A DNA stretch of 64,000 bases, from NCBI GenBank assembly GCA_038121105.1, contig JAYONB010000003.1, positions 158,594-222,593 of the forward strand, given 5' to 3'. The notes below the pieces were generated by a model. It was not told the DNA's origin. It was given only the letters and a program-made list of their open reading frames with translations, and made no database searches. Both the position numbers and the translations under genes were made by a program. Source of the stretch: Alphaproteobacteria bacterium (GTDB taxonomy: Bacteria; Pseudomonadota; Alphaproteobacteria; SHVP01). Positions 33,337 to 44,067 of this stretch are shown piece by piece (within the stretch, counting starts at the first letter, position 1; the number at the start of each line of letters is the position of its first letter).

Positions 33337-34520
33337 GCGGCACCTCCGGATGATGCGGCGACCGGCGCAGGCGCGCGCGGCATCGTGCGAGCTCGGGCCG
33401 TGGGGGACACGACTCCCGGTCGTTGACGGGTGAGGGCCAAGACGAAACCCATCCCGATCGCGAGCGCGAGCAGACTTGATCCGCCATAGCTGATGAACGG
33501 CAAGGTCATACCCTTGGCCGGCAATAGGCGGACGTTGACCCCCATGTTGATCACGGCTTGCAAGCCGATTTGCACGAGAATGCCGCCGCTCGCCAGCACG
33601 ACGAACAGGTCGGTTTCGCGCAACAAACGAATGAGGCCACGCAGCACGAGGACGGCGAACAAGGCCACGATCGCCAACGAGGCGAATAGGCCGAGCTCTT
33701 CGCCGGCCACGGCAAAGATGAAATCGGCGTGGGCGTCGGGCAGGATGGTTTTGACGATACCCTCGCCCGGCCCGGTGCCGAACAGGCCGCCGTTGCCGAA
33801 GGCATTGAGCGAAGCGTCGATTTGAAAGGTGTCGCCGCTGGACGGATCCAGGAACCGGTCGATACGCGCGGCGACATGGGGAAACAGAACGTACGCGCCG
33901 ACCGCGCCGGCGGCCCCGGCGACCGCAATCACCGCGACCACCACCATCGGGATGCCGGCCAGGAACATCTGGGTGACCCAAACGCTGGCCACGACCAAGG
34001 TCATGCCGACATCGGGTTGCAACAACAGCAAGGCGAGCACGAGAACCGCGGCGCCCGAAGCCAGCGTGTAGCCCGGAAAGCCGGGCTGGGTTACGCGATG
34101 GGAAAGCATCCACGCGGCGAACACCGCGAAGGTCGGTTTGGCGAACTCGGAGGGCTGCAGCAGGAAGCCGCCGAAATCGATCCAGCGGCGCGCGCCCTTA
34201 ATGCTTTCCCCGCCGAGTAACGTGCCGACCAGCAACACCAGCGACATCAAGAACCCGATCACCGCGATCCGGCGCACCCAGACCACGGGCAGCAGCGACA
34301 TCCCGAACAGCACAACGAGCGCCGGGACGAGAAAGATCATTTGGCGCCAAACGAAATGGAACGACGGCAAGCCGATGCGGTCGGCTACGGCCGGGCTAGC
34401 GGCCATGATGAGCACGACGCCGACCGCCATGGTCAGCAGGCAAATCGCCAGCGTCCATCGGTCGACCGTCCACCACCAACGGCCGACGATGCTGCGATCG
34501 GTGCGTCCGAATTCGATCAT
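33333..34520 (-). CDS. ftsW: SEDS peptidoglycan polymerase FtsW
   Basis: KGARRW, QPSEF, QPDVG, PDAHADF, EELG, PAKGMTLPFISYGGSS. Confidence 0.96.
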   Translation of the reverse strand: MIEFGRTDRSIVGRWWWTVDRWTLAICLLTMAVGVVLIMAASPAVADRIGLPSFHFVWRQMIFLVPALVVLFGMSLLPVVWVRRIAVIGFLMSLVLLVGTLLGGESIKGARRWIDFGGFLLQPSEFAKPTFAVFAAWMLSHRVTQPGFPGYTLASGAAVLVLALLLLQPDVGMTLVVASVWVTQMFLAGIPMVVVAVIAVAGAAGAVGAYVLFPHVAARIDRFLDPSSGDTFQIDASLNAFGNGGLFGTGPGEGIVKTILPDAHADFIFAVAGEELGLFASLAIVALFAVLVLRGLIRLLRETDLFVVLASGGILVQIGLQAVINMGVNVRLLPAKGMTLPFISYGGSSLLALAIGMGFVLALTRQRPGVVSPTARARTMPRAPAPVAASSGGAA

Positions 34521-35899
34521 GCCGCCCCGCCGTTTTCGAGGTCGGCGACCAGCGCCCGAAACGCCTCGCCGCGCGCGGCGAAATCGGGGAACTGGTCGAA
34601 CGAAGCGCAGGCCGGCGAGAGCAGGACGACTGCATGCCCCCCTGCCCGACGCGCGTCTTGGGTTGCGGCCGCCACCGCAGAGCCCAGCGTGTCCGATCGG
34701 GTTGTATCGACCTTCCCGGCAAGTGCCGCGGCAAGGTCGGGGGCAGCCTCCCCGATCAGATATGCATGGCGTACATGGTCGAGGTGTGGATCCAACGCGG
34801 CATAGCCACCGTCCTTAGCGCGGCCGCCGGCGATCCAATAGATATCGTCGAAGGTCGCCAGAGCGCGTGCCGCGGCATCGGCATTGGTTGCTTTGCTGTC
34901 GTTGACGTATTCGACGCCGTCGATCACGGCGAGACTTTCGGCGCGGTGCGCCAGACCCGGAAAGGCCGGCAGCGCCGTCGCGATATCGTCGGCCGTAAGG
35001 CCTAGGCAACGCGCGGCGGCATAGGCCGCCGCGACATTCTGCCAATTGTGCGCACCGCGAAGCGTCTTGATGCCGTCCAGCGCCACGTTGGCCGGCGTAT
35101 CGGTCATGCGGTCGTGCAACACGCCGTCCGCGACATAGACGCCGTGCTCGAGAGCCTGCCCGACGGCGATGGGAATGAGGTTGGCGTGGCCTTGATCCTT
35201 GAGCCACTGATAGGTGGCGCGGGAATGATCGTCGTCCACACCGACGACCGCGGCGTTGGCGCCCCGTTGACCGCTAAAGATGCGCCGCTTGACCGCGACG
35301 TACCCGGCCATATCGCCGTGACGATCGAGGTGGTCGCGGCTGATGTTGATCAGCACGGCGACGTCGCAGATCAGCGAGGGCGCAAGATCGAGTTGGTAGG
35401 ACGAAAGCTCGACGACGTAGGCGCCGTTGGCGGACAGCGGCGGAAAGTCCAGCACGGGGCGACCGATGTTGCCGCCGACCTCGACCTCGCGGCCCGAGGC
35501 TTTCAGAAGGTGCCCGAGGAGTGCCGTGGTCGTCGACTTGCCGTTGGTGCCGGTGATGCCCACGACCTTGGCGGCCGGGCTCGACGTGGCAAAAAGCTCG
35601 ACATCGCCGACGACGGGCACGTTGGCGGCTTGCGCCTTCTTGACCACGTCGTGCGGTTCGGGATGGGTCAGAGGCACGCCGGGGCTGAGAACCAATGCAT
35701 CTACGTTGTCAAAACGACATTGATTGAGATTCGTAAGCTGGACACCAGCCCCGGCGTGTTCGGTGCGCCTGTCTGCGTTGTCGTCCCAGGCGATGACGTT
35801 GGCGCCGGCCGCCTGGAGCGCACGCACGGCCGCCGCGCCGGTCCGGGCGAGCCCCAAGACAGCAACGGTGCGACCGGCATATGTCGGCAGGGCGATCAT
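34517..35899 (-). CDS. murD: UDP-MurNAc-L-Ala--D-glutamate ligase
   Basis: [41 protein letters not shown]. Confidence 0.96.
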   Translation of the reverse strand: MIALPTYAGRTVAVLGLARTGAAAVRALQAAGANVIAWDDNADRRTEHAGAGVQLTNLNQCRFDNVDALVLSPGVPLTHPEPHDVVKKAQAANVPVVGDVELFATSSPAAKVVGITGTNGKSTTTALLGHLLKASGREVEVGGNIGRPVLDFPPLSANGAYVVELSSYQLDLAPSLICDVAVLINISRDHLDRHGDMAGYVAVKRRIFSGQRGANAAVVGVDDDHSRATYQWLKDQGHANLIPIAVGQALEHGVYVADGVLHDRMTDTPANVALDGIKTLRGAHNWQNVAAAYAAARCLGLTADDIATALPAFPGLAHRAESLAVIDGVEYVNDSKATNADAAARALATFDDIYWIAGGRAKDGGYAALDPHLDHVRHAYLIGEAAPDLAAALAGKVDTTRSDTLGSAVAAATQDARRAGGHAVVLLSPACASFDQFPDFAARGEAFRALVADLENGGAA

Positions 35900-36984
35900 C
35901 TGAGCTTCAACGTGGACAGACCAATGAGAGCGAGGATGACGGCGATGATCCAAAACCGAATGACGATGGTCGGTTCCGCCCAGCCTTTTTCCTCGTAATG
36001 ATGATGCAGCGGCGCCATGCGAAAGACGCGGCGGCCGGTCAGCTTGAACGAGGCGACCTGAACCATCACCGAGACGGTTTCCAGAACGAACAGCCCGCCG
36101 ATCACGCCGAGCACGAGTTCATGTTTGGTGACGACGGCAACGACGCCGAGCGCGCCACCCATCGACAAACTGCCGGTGTCGCCCATGAAAACACTGGCAG
36201 GCGGCGCGTTGAACCATAGGAAGCCGAGCCCAGCGCCGACCAACGCGCCGGCGAAAACCGCAAGCTCACCCGCTCCGGGGACGCCGTGGATCTGGAGATA
36301 GTTGGAGAACACCGCGTTACCGACCAGGTAGGCGATCAACGCGTAGGATGCGGCAGCCACCATCACCGGCACGATGGCTAGACCATCGAGCCCGTCGGTC
36401 AGATTGACGGCGTTGCCGGCGCCGACCATGACGAGGATGGCGAAGGGCGCGAACAGCCAACCGAGATTGATCAGGACATCCTTGAAGAACGGCACCGCGA
36501 GGCCGGTATCGAGCGGCGCGCCCATCAGGCTCATGATCCAGACGGTGGCGATCAACGCGATCACGATTTCGGCCAAGAACTTGACCCGGCCCGGGAAGCC
36601 GCGATGGCTATCGCGCGTGACTTTCAAATAGTCGTCGACGAAACCGATCGCACCGAAACCCAAGGTCACGAGTAACGCCGCCCATACGAACCCGTTGGTG
36701 AGGTCGGCCCACAGCAATGTCGAAACACCGAAGCTGAGCAGGATAAGAAAACCGCCCATCGTCGGCGTGCCCTTTTTGGTAATCAGATGACTACCGGGAC
36801 CGTCGTCGCGAATGGGTTGGCCGTTGGACTGCATCGAGCGCAACCAGCGGATCAAAGGCGGCCCGAGGATGAAGCTCAGGATCATGGCCGTCATCACCGC
36901 GCCGCCGGTCCGGAAGGTGAGAAACCGGAACAGATTGAAGAGTGCGAAGTCGTCGCCGAGCGGCGCCAGAAGATTGAACAACAT
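35896..36984 (-). CDS. mraY: Phospho-MurNAc-pentapeptide transferase
   Basis: [42 protein letters not shown]. Confidence 0.97.
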   Translation of the reverse strand: MLFNLLAPLGDDFALFNLFRFLTFRTGGAVMTAMILSFILGPPLIRWLRSMQSNGQPIRDDGPGSHLITKKGTPTMGGFLILLSFGVSTLLWADLTNGFVWAALLVTLGFGAIGFVDDYLKVTRDSHRGFPGRVKFLAEIVIALIATVWIMSLMGAPLDTGLAVPFFKDVLINLGWLFAPFAILVMVGAGNAVNLTDGLDGLAIVPVMVAAASYALIAYLVGNAVFSNYLQIHGVPGAGELAVFAGALVGAGLGFLWFNAPPASVFMGDTGSLSMGGALGVVAVVTKHELVLGVIGGLFVLETVSVMVQVASFKLTGRRVFRMAPLHHHYEEKGWAEPTIVIRFWIIAVILALIGLSTLKLR

Positions 36985-36986
36985 GC

Positions 36987-38426
36987 CTAGCCCCCGTTTG
37001 CACGTTGGGGCTGGCGGTCCAGGGCTTTCAGTGCCTGGACGATGGGGGCCATACGGCTACCCAGCGAGCCTTTGATCATGAAGACATCGTCGGGGCGCGC
37101 CTCGGCCACGACGGCGCGGACGAGGGATGCGGAATCTTCGGTCCAGGCGCCCAACACGGTCGGCGACAACGCGTCGGCCAGCGATTTCATGTGCGGGCCG
37201 CAGCAGAACACCAGATCGACGTCGGCCGCGTCGACGATGGCGGCGAGCGCCTTGTGAAAGGCCGGGCTTTCGTCGCCCATCTCCAACATGTCGCCCAACA
37301 CCGCGATGCGCCGGCCGGTCCGCGCAACCAACTGAGCGCCGAGGAGTTCGATGGCGGCACGCATCGATGCAGGGTTGGCGTTGTAGCTTTCGTCGATGAC
37401 CAGAAATGCGCCGTCGCGCGTGGTGACGGTGGTGCGCTGCCCGCGCCCTTCGGGCGGCGAGAGATCGGCCAGCGCGAGGCCCGCCAGTCCAAGGTCGGCG
37501 TCGACCGCGCGCACGGCGGCGAGCACGGCAAGACTGTTCATGACCCAGTGGCGCCCGGGGGCGCCGATCTTATAGGTCATCGCCTGACCGCAGATGTCGG
37601 CCGAGATGCAGGTGCATGTTTCGTTGAGCGCGGCTTTGATCAGGCGCGCTTCGGCCGCTTGCGATTCACCAAAACCGATGATCCGCGAAGCCCCGGCATT
37701 GCACGCGGCATCGGCAAGCCGGTCGTAGTACGCATTGTCGCGATTGAGAATGGCGATCCCGTTGGGCTCGAGGCCCTCGAAGATTTCGGCTTTGGCATCG
37801 GCAATATCGGTGACCGAATCGAAGAACTCGAGATGCACCGGCTCGACGGTCGTAATGATGGCGGCGTGCGGGCGCACCAGCCGTGACAGCGGCCCGATCT
37901 CGCCCGCATGGTTCATGCCGATCTCGAACACCGCGAATCCGGCATCGCGCGGCAAACGCGCCAGACTAAGCGGTACGCCCCAATGGTTGTTGAAGCTACC
38001 GACGCTGGCGTGGGTCGGTCGAAACCTGTCCAGCGCGCTGCGCAGCGCTTCTTTGGTACCGGTCTTTCCGACGCTGCCGGTGACGGCGATGACCGTGCCC
38101 TGCATGCGCTCCCGGGCGGCTTGCCCGAGCTTGCGCAACGCCTCCAAGGGATCGGCGACCCGCACCAAAGGCAGATCGGCGGGGGGCGCCTCGAAGGCGT
38201 CGGCGACGATCGCCGCAACGGCGCCTGCGGCGATCGCCTCGGCGACGAACCGGTGGCCGTCGTGATTGGGCCCCGCGATCGCAACAAAGAGATCGCCCGG
38301 ATCAATTGTGCGGCTGTCGATCGCGACGCCTGTGGCTTGCCAGGCGGCATCACCCGTCACGGCACCGCCGGTCGCGGCGCGCACTTCGTCGGCGGTCCAG
38401 AGAACGCGAGGAGATACGTTGGTCAT
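36987..38426 (-). CDS. murF: UDP-MurNAc-tripeptide--D-Ala-D-Ala ligase
   Basis: [40 protein letters not shown]. Confidence 0.96.
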   Translation of the reverse strand: MTNVSPRVLWTADEVRAATGGAVTGDAAWQATGVAIDSRTIDPGDLFVAIAGPNHDGHRFVAEAIAAGAVAAIVADAFEAPPADLPLVRVADPLEALRKLGQAARERMQGTVIAVTGSVGKTGTKEALRSALDRFRPTHASVGSFNNHWGVPLSLARLPRDAGFAVFEIGMNHAGEIGPLSRLVRPHAAIITTVEPVHLEFFDSVTDIADAKAEIFEGLEPNGIAILNRDNAYYDRLADAACNAGASRIIGFGESQAAEARLIKAALNETCTCISADICGQAMTYKIGAPGRHWVMNSLAVLAAVRAVDADLGLAGLALADLSPPEGRGQRTTVTTRDGAFLVIDESYNANPASMRAAIELLGAQLVARTGRRIAVLGDMLEMGDESPAFHKALAAIVDAADVDLVFCCGPHMKSLADALSPTVLGAWTEDSASLVRAVVAEARPDDVFMIKGSLGSRMAPIVQALKALDRQPQRANGG

Positions 38427-39877
38427 CAGCCGTACCTCCCCTGGCCCAGGGCCGCTTTGCGAATGACGGCGGTATCGTCGAACGGCCGTACGTCGCCGCG
38501 AACGATTTGTCCGGTCTCGTGGCCTTTGCCCGCGACGACCAAGAGATCGCCTGGTTGCAAGACCTCGATGCCGCGGGCGATTGCCTTGCCCCGATTGCCG
38601 ATCTCTTCGGCATCCGGACACGTGGCGAGAATTTCACGGCGAATCGCGGCGGGATCTTCGTCGCGTGGATTGTCGTCGGTGATGATGACGTGATCGGCCA
38701 GGTCGGCGGCGATGGCGCCCATTTCCGGCCGCTTCGTGCGATCGCGATTGCCGCCGCACCCGAACGCCACAACCAGGCGGCCCTTGGTGTGGGGCCGCAG
38801 GGCCCTCAGCACATGGCTGAGGGCATCGGGGGTGTGGGCGTAATCCACGAAGACCTTGGCCCGGTTGCTGAGCTCGGCGACGAGTTGCGCGCGTCCCAGG
38901 ACTCCGCGCAGATGACCCAACGCATGCACGGCCGCCGCCCGATCGGCGCCGGTCGCGATCACCAGCGCCAGCGCCGCAAGCGCATTCTCGGCCTGGAACG
39001 CGCCGAAGAGCGGCAACAGAACTTTGTAGCTCGCGCCGTTCACGGCGATCTCGACGGTTTGACCACACGGTCCTGGCTCGGCCGAAACCAGGCGAAAATC
39101 GGCGTTGGGATCGGTGCCGTAGGTGATGACGAGTTGGCGACGTGCGGCGCACACGGCGCGCACCTTTTCGAACTCGGGAATATCGATGTTGAGGACCGCG
39201 ATCCCGCCTTCGGGCATGACCTCGGCGAAGAGGCGCAGCTTGGCCGCGAGATAGGCATCTGCGGAGCAGTGATAATCGAGATGATCGTGGCTGATGTTGG
39301 TAAAGGCCGCCGCCGAGACGCGTACGCCATCGAGCCGGTATTGATCGAGCCCGTGGCTCGAAGCCTCCATGGCAAGGTGCTGAACGCCGTCGCCGGCGAG
39401 CCGGTCCAGGGTTTGATGCAACGTCACCGGATCGGGTGTGGTGAGGGTCGCGCCGGCGCCGCCGCCCGCGGTACGCAACCCCAGCGTCCCGAGGCTTCCG
39501 CCGTTGACACCGATGTGCGCCCAAATCTGCGCCGCGAAGTCGGCTGTCGATGTCTTGCCGTTCGTGCCTGTCACCGCGACGATGGTTTCGGGCTGGTTGG
39601 GATAGAAACGTGCCGCCATCAACGCGAGCCGGCGACGGGGATTGTCGTCGGACACCACAAAGACGTCGGCGCTCTTAACCGTGACGTCGGACGGCGCAAG
39701 CACCGCGACGGCGCCTTGCTCGATCGCGTCGGGGATGAAGCGCGTGCCATCGGTTTGCAAACCGCGCAACGCCGCGAACACGTAACCGGGCATTACGGCG
39801 CGGCTGTCGGCGGTGATGCCGGCGATTTCGATACCGGAGGCGCGATCGTTCGAGCCGGTAAGTTCGGAAAGCCGCAT
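38426..39877 (-). CDS. murE: UDP-MurNAc-dipeptide--meso-DAP ligase
   Basis: GTNGKTS, TTPD, MEASSH, DYAHTPD, DNPR (meso-DAP specificity motif), GKGHE. Confidence 0.96.
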   Translation of the reverse strand: MRLSELTGSNDRASGIEIAGITADSRAVMPGYVFAALRGLQTDGTRFIPDAIEQGAVAVLAPSDVTVKSADVFVVSDDNPRRRLALMAARFYPNQPETIVAVTGTNGKTSTADFAAQIWAHIGVNGGSLGTLGLRTAGGGAGATLTTPDPVTLHQTLDRLAGDGVQHLAMEASSHGLDQYRLDGVRVSAAAFTNISHDHLDYHCSADAYLAAKLRLFAEVMPEGGIAVLNIDIPEFEKVRAVCAARRQLVITYGTDPNADFRLVSAEPGPCGQTVEIAVNGASYKVLLPLFGAFQAENALAALALVIATGADRAAAVHALGHLRGVLGRAQLVAELSNRAKVFVDYAHTPDALSHVLRALRPHTKGRLVVAFGCGGNRDRTKRPEMGAIAADLADHVIITDDNPRDEDPAAIRREILATCPDAEEIGNRGKAIARGIEVLQPGDLLVVAGKGHETGQIVRGDVRPFDDTAVIRKAALGQGRYG

Positions 39878-41577
39878 CACCGACCCTTCCGTACCGAAAC
39901 GAGGATGGAATCGGTTGCCGCCGGATCGTTCGTCGCCGGCGCGACGCCGAGCAGCGGCGCGATGCGCCCGACAATTCGGCTGGTGGTCGGCGCGGCGGTC
40001 CAACCGGCACTGGCGAAGTTGAACGTGCGCTCGGTGCCTTTGGGTTCGTCCAGTGCGACGAACACGACATAGCGCGGATCGTTGATCGGGAACGCCGCGA
40101 CAAACGACGACAACAGCGCCTTGCGGCGGTAGCCGCCCGCGCCGGCTTTTTCTGCGGTCCCGGTTTTGCCCCCGACCAAATAGCCTTGCGCTTGGGCTTG
40201 CCGTCCGGTGCCGTCGGCAACGACGAGACCGAGCAAGGCGCGCATGGTCTGCGAGGTGTGTTCCGAGAGGACGCGAGTCGGCGCAGGACCTTCGCCGTTC
40301 TGGCGGGCAAGCAGGGTTGGGGCAACGGAATGACCACCGTTCACAACGGTGCCGTAAGCACGGACCATTTGCAGCGGGCTCACCGCGATGCCATGACCGT
40401 AGGCGATCGTCATCGTGCTGATCTCGCGCCACGGCTGCGGCACCATCGGCGTACCGACCTCGGGAATTTCGATCGACGGACGGTCCAGCAAGCCGAGCGT
40501 TTTGAGAAACTGCTGTTGGCGCTCGGTACCGATGTCGAGCGCCATCCGGGCGCTGCCAATGTTGGACGAGTACTGAAAAATCTCGGCCACATTGAGCCAA
40601 CGGTTCTTGGCGTGGTCGTCGTTGATGGTGAAGCGCGCGACGCGGAGCGGCTTGCTGGCGTCGTAGGTGTCCTCCAGGGTCGCCGCACCGTATTCCAATG
40701 CGGCAGCGGTGGTGAAGGCCTTGAAGGTCGACCCCATTTCATAGACCCCCAGCGTCGCCCGGTTGAACAGACGGTCCGCGTCGGCCTTTTTCATGGCGCC
40801 GGGGTTGAAGTCGGGCAGCGACACCATGCCGAGGACCTCGCCGGTGTGCGCGTCCATCACGATGCCGGCGGCGCCGATGGCTTGGAACTCGTCGACACTG
40901 GCCAGGAGCTCGGCTCGCAGGGCGTGCTGGATACGGATGTCGATGCTGAGCGTCACGTCTTGCCCGGCGGCCAAAACGTCATCACGCCCTTTTTCGATGC
41001 CGGCGAGACCTTCGCGATCGACTCCGGTGAAGCCGACGACATGCGCCGACAACGGCCCGTGCGGATAGACCCGGCGTTCTTCGTCGACGAACCCAAGACC
41101 GGGAATCCCGAGCCGATTGACGGCATCTTGTTGGCGCGGACTGAGGTGCCGCTTGACCCATGCAAAGCGCCGGTCCGACGACAAAATACGCAAAACCGAC
41201 GCGCGATCGAGATCAGGCAAGACCGTAAGCAACTGCGTCGCCGCTTGTTGAGCGTCCATGATCTTGCGGGGGTTCGCGAACAGCGACACCGCGCGGACGT
41301 TGCCGGCAAGCAAGACCCCATTTCGGTCGAGGATCTCGGCGCGCTCGATTTGGGGCTGGCGAACATCCGCTGGGATCGCGGCTTGATCGTTGCTGGGCGC
41401 TAAAGCGGCGAGGCCGACGAGACGTCCGGCGATCACGAAGAAGCACAACGCGAAGCCGGCGGCGACGGCAATCAGGCGCACATGACCGGTGTCGAGCGCT
41501 TGCTTGGCGACGCCCTCGATCTGGACCAGGCGCCGCAACCCGCGCTTGCGGTCGTAATGTTCGCTGCGGCGACTCAT
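39877..41577 (-). CDS. ftsI: Peptidoglycan transpeptidase FtsI (PBP3)
   Basis: TM anchor, DRNG, STFK (SxxK), SSN (SxN), KTG. Confidence 0.95.
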   Translation of the reverse strand: MSRRSEHYDRKRGLRRLVQIEGVAKQALDTGHVRLIAVAAGFALCFFVIAGRLVGLAALAPSNDQAAIPADVRQPQIERAEILDRNGVLLAGNVRAVSLFANPRKIMDAQQAATQLLTVLPDLDRASVLRILSSDRRFAWVKRHLSPRQQDAVNRLGIPGLGFVDEERRVYPHGPLSAHVVGFTGVDREGLAGIEKGRDDVLAAGQDVTLSIDIRIQHALRAELLASVDEFQAIGAAGIVMDAHTGEVLGMVSLPDFNPGAMKKADADRLFNRATLGVYEMGSTFKAFTTAAALEYGAATLEDTYDASKPLRVARFTINDDHAKNRWLNVAEIFQYSSNIGSARMALDIGTERQQQFLKTLGLLDRPSIEIPEVGTPMVPQPWREISTMTIAYGHGIAVSPLQMVRAYGTVVNGGHSVAPTLLARQNGEGPAPTRVLSEHTSQTMRALLGLVVADGTGRQAQAQGYLVGGKTGTAEKAGAGGYRRKALLSSFVAAFPINDPRYVVFVALDEPKGTERTFNFASAGWTAAPTTSRIVGRIAPLLGVAPATNDPAATDSILVSVRKGR

Positions 41578-41891
41578 TGCCCGACCCTCGTATCCGCCTG
41601 CGCCATTTCGTCAGGCGCGCGAAACGGAATGCGCTCGATGCCGCCGACTTGCCCGGCGGTCGGAGTATCGAGATCGAGATAGCGCCGCACCAATTCCTGG
41701 ATACGGTCGGGCTGGTTGAGGAAACTCCATTCGGCTTGCAGAACGCGCAGCGCCTCTTGCTCGTCGGCGATCTGCCGATGAAGCGACGCTTTTTCTTGGT
41801 CGAGCGCGCGCACTTCGTACTTCAACTCGAAAAGGCCGGTCACGGTGATGGCCAGCAACACCAACCCCGCAATAACCATGGGACGCATCAT
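41574..41891 (-). CDS. ftsL: Cell division protein FtsL
   Basis: Short TM, coiled coil and AEWSFLNQPDR. Position between rsmH and ftsI. Confidence 0.88.
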   Translation of the reverse strand: MMRPMVIAGLVLLAITVTGLFELKYEVRALDQEKASLHRQIADEQEALRVLQAEWSFLNQPDRIQELVRRYLDLDTPTAGQVGGIERIPFRAPDEMAQADTRVGQ

Positions 41892-42847
41892 TGGATGGCC
41901 TCGGGCGTCCGCACCCCGGCGCGCAGCCGAGCGGAACGGGCGCGCGGGTTGCGCGCGATCTCTTCGTCGGACGGCTTGCGCGGCCGGGCAGGCTCGAAGG
42001 TCGCCGACCCGACTGCGTCGTTCGACGGCATGTGCCGGTTGGCGTTGCGATTGGCCTGCGCGCTGCGATCGCGAAAGAACTCTTTGACCGCGCGATCTTC
42101 GAGCGAGTGAAAGGACACGACGGCCAACCGCCCACCCGGCGCAAGTACGCGTTCGGCCGCGGCGAGACCTTGATCCAACTCGCCGCCCTCACCCAGTTCC
42201 TCGTTGACGTAGATTCGCAACGCTTGAAACGTTCGGGTTGCGGGGTGAATGCGGGCGCGCGACGGCGGCACCGCGCGCGCGACGATTTCTGCCAGGCGAC
42301 CAGTGGTCTCGATGGGCGATTCGCGCCGCTGATCGACGATGGCATGGGCGATGCGGCGCGATCGTCGTTCTTCGCCAAAGCGGTAGATGATGTCGGCGAG
42401 CGTGGATTCTTCTTCTTGGTTGACGACATCGGCGGCGGTGGGTCCGTCGCCGCCCATCCGCATGTCCAACGGGCCGTCGGCCATAAACGAAAAGCCCCGC
42501 GCTGGATCGTCGATTTGCATCGATGAGACCCCGAGATCGAGTGCGACGCCCTCGACGGCGTCGACGCCATGGGCGGCCAAGAGGCCGTCCATCTCGGAAA
42601 AGCGGCCCTCGATCAGCGTGAGCCGACCGTCGTATTGGGATTCGAGCGCGCGCCCCCGTTCGATGGCGCGCGGATCGCGATCGATTCCAAAAACCCGGCA
42701 TTCCGCGGCATCGAGAAAGGCCCGTGCGTAACCGCCGGCGCCGAAGGTACCGTCAACATAGGTTTCGCCGTCGGTCGGCGTGATGGCAGCACAAACTTCG
42801 GAGACCATCACGGGCACATGCGAAAAAGTGGCCCGTTGCTGCTCCAT
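41888..42847 (-). CDS. rsmH: 16S rRNA m4C1402 methyltransferase
   Basis: HVPV, DGTFGAGG, DLGVSSMQ, PLDMRM, HPATRTFQALRI, FHSLEDR, NPRARSA. Confidence 0.97.
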   Translation of the reverse strand: MEQQRATFSHVPVMVSEVCAAITPTDGETYVDGTFGAGGYARAFLDAAECRVFGIDRDPRAIERGRALESQYDGRLTLIEGRFSEMDGLLAAHGVDAVEGVALDLGVSSMQIDDPARGFSFMADGPLDMRMGGDGPTAADVVNQEEESTLADIIYRFGEERRSRRIAHAIVDQRRESPIETTGRLAEIVARAVPPSRARIHPATRTFQALRIYVNEELGEGGELDQGLAAAERVLAPGGRLAVVSFHSLEDRAVKEFFRDRSAQANRNANRHMPSNDAVGSATFEPARPRKPSDEEIARNPRARSARLRAGVRTPEAIQ

Positions 42848-43320
42848 CAGGATGCGCCCTCGCCACTTGGGGGTGAGGGTATTTTGAGGTTGGCGCGATC
42901 GCGCTTGGCACGATCCACCGCCTCGGCCTCGCGTTGGGCCAAGGCCTCGGGCTCCCAGATTTGAAAACTGCGACCCTGGCCGACGAATGCCGCGTGTTCG
43001 GTAATGCCGGCGTGGGCCAGAAGGTTTTCGGGGATGATGATCCGGCCCTCACCGTCGAACGGCAGCTGATGGGCCTTGCCGAAAATGGCCTTCGAGAAAT
43101 CGTCGTGCTCGTCGCTGAACGGGTTGAAGTCGTCGATGCCCTCGGCCAACCGCTCAAACCGGTCGATTCCGCTTCCTTCGATGGCGGCCGACACCAACGA
43201 CGGAATGGCAACCACGCCGGAAAAGGTCTGTTGGGACAGCACAGCGCGAAACGTCGCCGGGACCGAAACGCGACCCTTGCGATCTACCTTGTTCACGAAG
43301 GTGGATAGGAACAGCGCCAA
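42847..43320 (-). CDS. mraZ: Division/cell wall cluster repressor MraZ
   Basis: DRKGR and DGEGR (DxxGR) repeats and FQIW. TTG start at 43320 follows GGAGG; GTG 43332 is an alternative. Confidence 0.93.
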   Translation of the reverse strand: MALFLSTFVNKVDRKGRVSVPATFRAVLSQQTFSGVVAIPSLVSAAIEGSGIDRFERLAEGIDDFNPFSDEHDDFSKAIFGKAHQLPFDGEGRIIIPENLLAHAGITEHAAFVGQGRSFQIWEPEALAQREAEAVDRAKRDRANLKIPSPPSGEGAS

Positions 43321-43390
43321 GGCTGCCTCCACGAAAAACCACTCCCAATGTCCCGACTAGCCCTGCCTCAAGTCGGCCGCAGACCGGCCA

Positions 43391-43435
43391 TGGGACATCG
43401 TGGGATATCATGCCATCCTATGGGCGTCAATGGAA
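43391..43435. promoter_or_regulatory. Putative MraZ operator (10-bp phased TGGGA-like repeats) overlapping a candidate mraZ promoter
   Basis: TGGGA 43391, TGGGA 43401, TGCCA 43411, TGGGC 43421, TGGAA 43431. Minus strand TTGACG (43430-43425)-N17-TATCCC. Confidence 0.65.
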
Positions 43436-43556
43436 TTTCAAGTAATTCCGGTGCCTTAGGAAGTACTCCGTGCCTCGAACCTGAACCGATTCGAGGAACC
43501 ACATGTGGCTATTCGTGATCGACGATCTCTCTACCAATTGAATCGGGCGACAATAT

Positions 43557-43571
43557 GTTCGTGGTATGTTC
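43557..43571. promoter_or_regulatory. Alphaproteobacterial LexA box
   Basis: GTTCGTGGTATGTTC = GTTC-N7-GTTC. Confidence 0.6.
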
Positions 43572-43632
43572 GCATTTTGGAGACTAACCGATTTTTACTC
43601 CGCCGGGCCATGGTAATCGCCAGCGATTACTT

Positions 43633-43647
43633 GTTCCTGGTTTGTTC
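43633..43647. promoter_or_regulatory. Alphaproteobacterial LexA box
   Basis: GTTCCTGGTTTGTTC = GTTC-N7-GTTC. Confidence 0.6.
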
Positions 43648-43669
43648 TTATTTGCGATGGGAAAAAGCG

Positions 43670-44043
<374 letters not shown>

Positions 44044-44067
44044 CCCACCTAGCCTACGCCGTCGCCC

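Noticed and set aside
28930-40600. Long N-terminal extensions on ddl, murB, murC, murG, murD, murF and murE in the ORF track (possible fusions)
   Set aside because: They overlap upstream genes; the true starts coincide with stop/start overlaps.
43503-43541. 12-codon ORF MWLFVIDDLSTN with GAGG upstream, and a 26-codon minus-strand ORF nearby, as SidA-like SOS division inhibitors
   Set aside because: Too short or not hydrophobic, with no TM segment and no homology evidence.
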